Source of the DNA: Amoebidium appalachense
Lineage: Eukaryota; Protista; Ichthyosporea
Direction: 5' to 3'
Assembly (NCBI GenBank): GCA_963693365.1
Contig: CAVNZM010000015.1
Coordinates: 3,782,001-3,846,000, forward strand
DNA length: 64,000 nt
This document shows, piece after piece, positions 62,620 to 64,000 of this stretch. The stretch's first letter is position 1; each line of letters starts with the position of its first letter. The translations under genes were made by a program, and so were the position numbers. The notes beneath the pieces are model-generated. The model was not told where the DNA came from, did no database searches, and saw only the letters and a program-made list of their open reading frames with translations.

Positions 62620-63331
62620 AGTTTGTGTTGCGCGCGCGGGTGTGTGTGTGTATGTGTGCGCACGCGCATGTGATAGCGTACACATATGTCTGTGTGCGCA
62701 CGTGCATGTATGTACGTGTGTGCATGTGCGCGCGCATGCGCCTAAAGCGGGCCCATGAACACTTGCACAAGGTACGGTATTGCGTCTCTGTCGTGTATTA
62801 TCATACACAAAAAATTAAAGACGTACTCCTTATGTGCCTGTGCACAACTTTCTCATCTCAAATAATCCGAAAAAAGCCAACAAATCCCGATATGTAACGG
62901 ATTAATGAGCAAGAGGCACTTCATAAAAGGGGTCTACTGACATGAAACGAACTCTTAAGGCCAAAATCTATACTTGAAACAGAACAAAAGCAAACAGCAT
63001 ACAACCACATACACCCAACACCGAAAAGCTCAGAGGTGTCACGTCAACACACTTAAAGACCCCCCCCCCCCCCCCCCCCCCACACACACCCTCAACATAA
63101 CCTCTTCCCCGAGCACCCCCCCCCCCCCCTCTCCCCCTTCTCCCCCCCCCCCCCCACCACACACACACACACACCCCACCCATCAATACTAACAACCCCC
63201 CCCCCCCCCCGCCCCCCTTCCCCCCTCATCTCCTCCCTCCATCTCCTTCCCCACGACACCCCTTCTGTCATCCTCCCGTGTATTGCACACCACCCACCAC
63301 TCAGGGTCTCTGTCTGTCCTCTTCTCGGTCT

Positions 63332-63363
63332 CGACGTCACTCTGACGTAAGTGCTGACGTCAT
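63332..63363. promoter_or_regulatory. Cluster of CRE/ATF-like motifs
   Basis: CGACGTCA, TGACGTAA and TGACGTCA within about 32 bp; target gene not identified. Confidence 0.3.
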
Positions 63364-63546
63364 TACAAGTCACTCACGGCCGGCCGAAACCGAAAGAAAC
63401 CGAGCGCACTGATTGACTTCATCGGCTCTTACCATATATGGAATGTCTATTTCTTGAAAAAACGACATACATCCATACCAGGTAAATCCCGCGCATTCCA
63501 TTGTAAAACGCCGACATTTTTGTCCCTACCTTTAGTTGATCTTAGC

Positions 63547-63854
63547 TCACATAGTCAACACTACCCACGCCAATGCCACCAAAGGGCCCAACAACTGAAC
63601 ACTCTCCCACACCCCCCACTCCAACCTTCCGCTGGCTTCCAACTGCTCGAAATTCCACATGCAAGCGGCCAATAGCGCTGCAGCGATCGCTCCGATTAAC
63701 CCCTTAACGGTTCCGAATCCGTCGTGGCCCGACCCGTGAAGCAAGGTGGATAGTCGGCTCAGTTCTGGTGCTGACATGACCCGGCGGGGATTGAGGAACC
63801 CGAGGTGGGATGATGGGTGGGGGGGCGGCTCGTCTAGAAGCCCGCTTTCAACAT
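63547..63854 (-). CDS. Possible terminal exon of a gene entering from the right; two C-terminal hydrophobic helices
   Basis: CTAAC branch-like motif and ttttttgaccAG acceptor at 63855-63872 (-). ORF ..RRVMSAPELSRL..GLIGAIAAALLAACMW..LLGPLVALAWVVLTM*. The frame near the acceptor is broken around a homopolymer run, and no family is recognised. Confidence 0.4.
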
Positions 63855-64000
63855 CTGGTCAAAAAATAGTTAGGTTTTTGTTTTGATTGGGAGGCTTCCA
63901 AGACGGGGGGGAGCGGGGGGGGGGGGGGGGGGGGGGGGGGGGAGGTGCATGTGTGTGTATGTACGTGTGTGTGTGTGTGTGTGTGTGTACGTGTGTGTGT

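Overview
Eukaryotic genomic DNA with spliceosomal introns packed with (CA/TG)n, (GA/TC)n and poly-G/poly-C tracts; nearly all ORFs in the supplied track are translations of these repeats. I reconstructed exons by hand and checked their phases. They give: (1) a minus-strand BTB/POZ-BACK gene (~0.6-6.1 kb, probably continuing off the left edge); (2) a head-to-head, ~32-exon RAD54L2/ARIP4 SNF2 helicase (7128-35893); (3) a tandem pair of 7-exon, highly divergent T-box transcription factor genes (44571-49028 intact; 53655-59184 with one in-frame TGA and a GC donor); (4) a possible terminal exon of a membrane-protein gene at the right edge. Introns also hold three inverted-repeat (MITE-like) elements and a ~170-bp dispersed repeat. 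The most unusual recurring signal concerns splicing: at five places, splice sites and exon edges are tandemly duplicated into decaying copies inside the intron. Many acceptors lack a polypyrimidine tract, and introns often switch between G/GT-rich and C/CA-rich across exons. Divergent T-box genes plus ARIP4 suggest a holozoan, perhaps an ichthyosporean-like unicellular relative of animals, but that is inference. Homopolymer lengths are probably unreliable.
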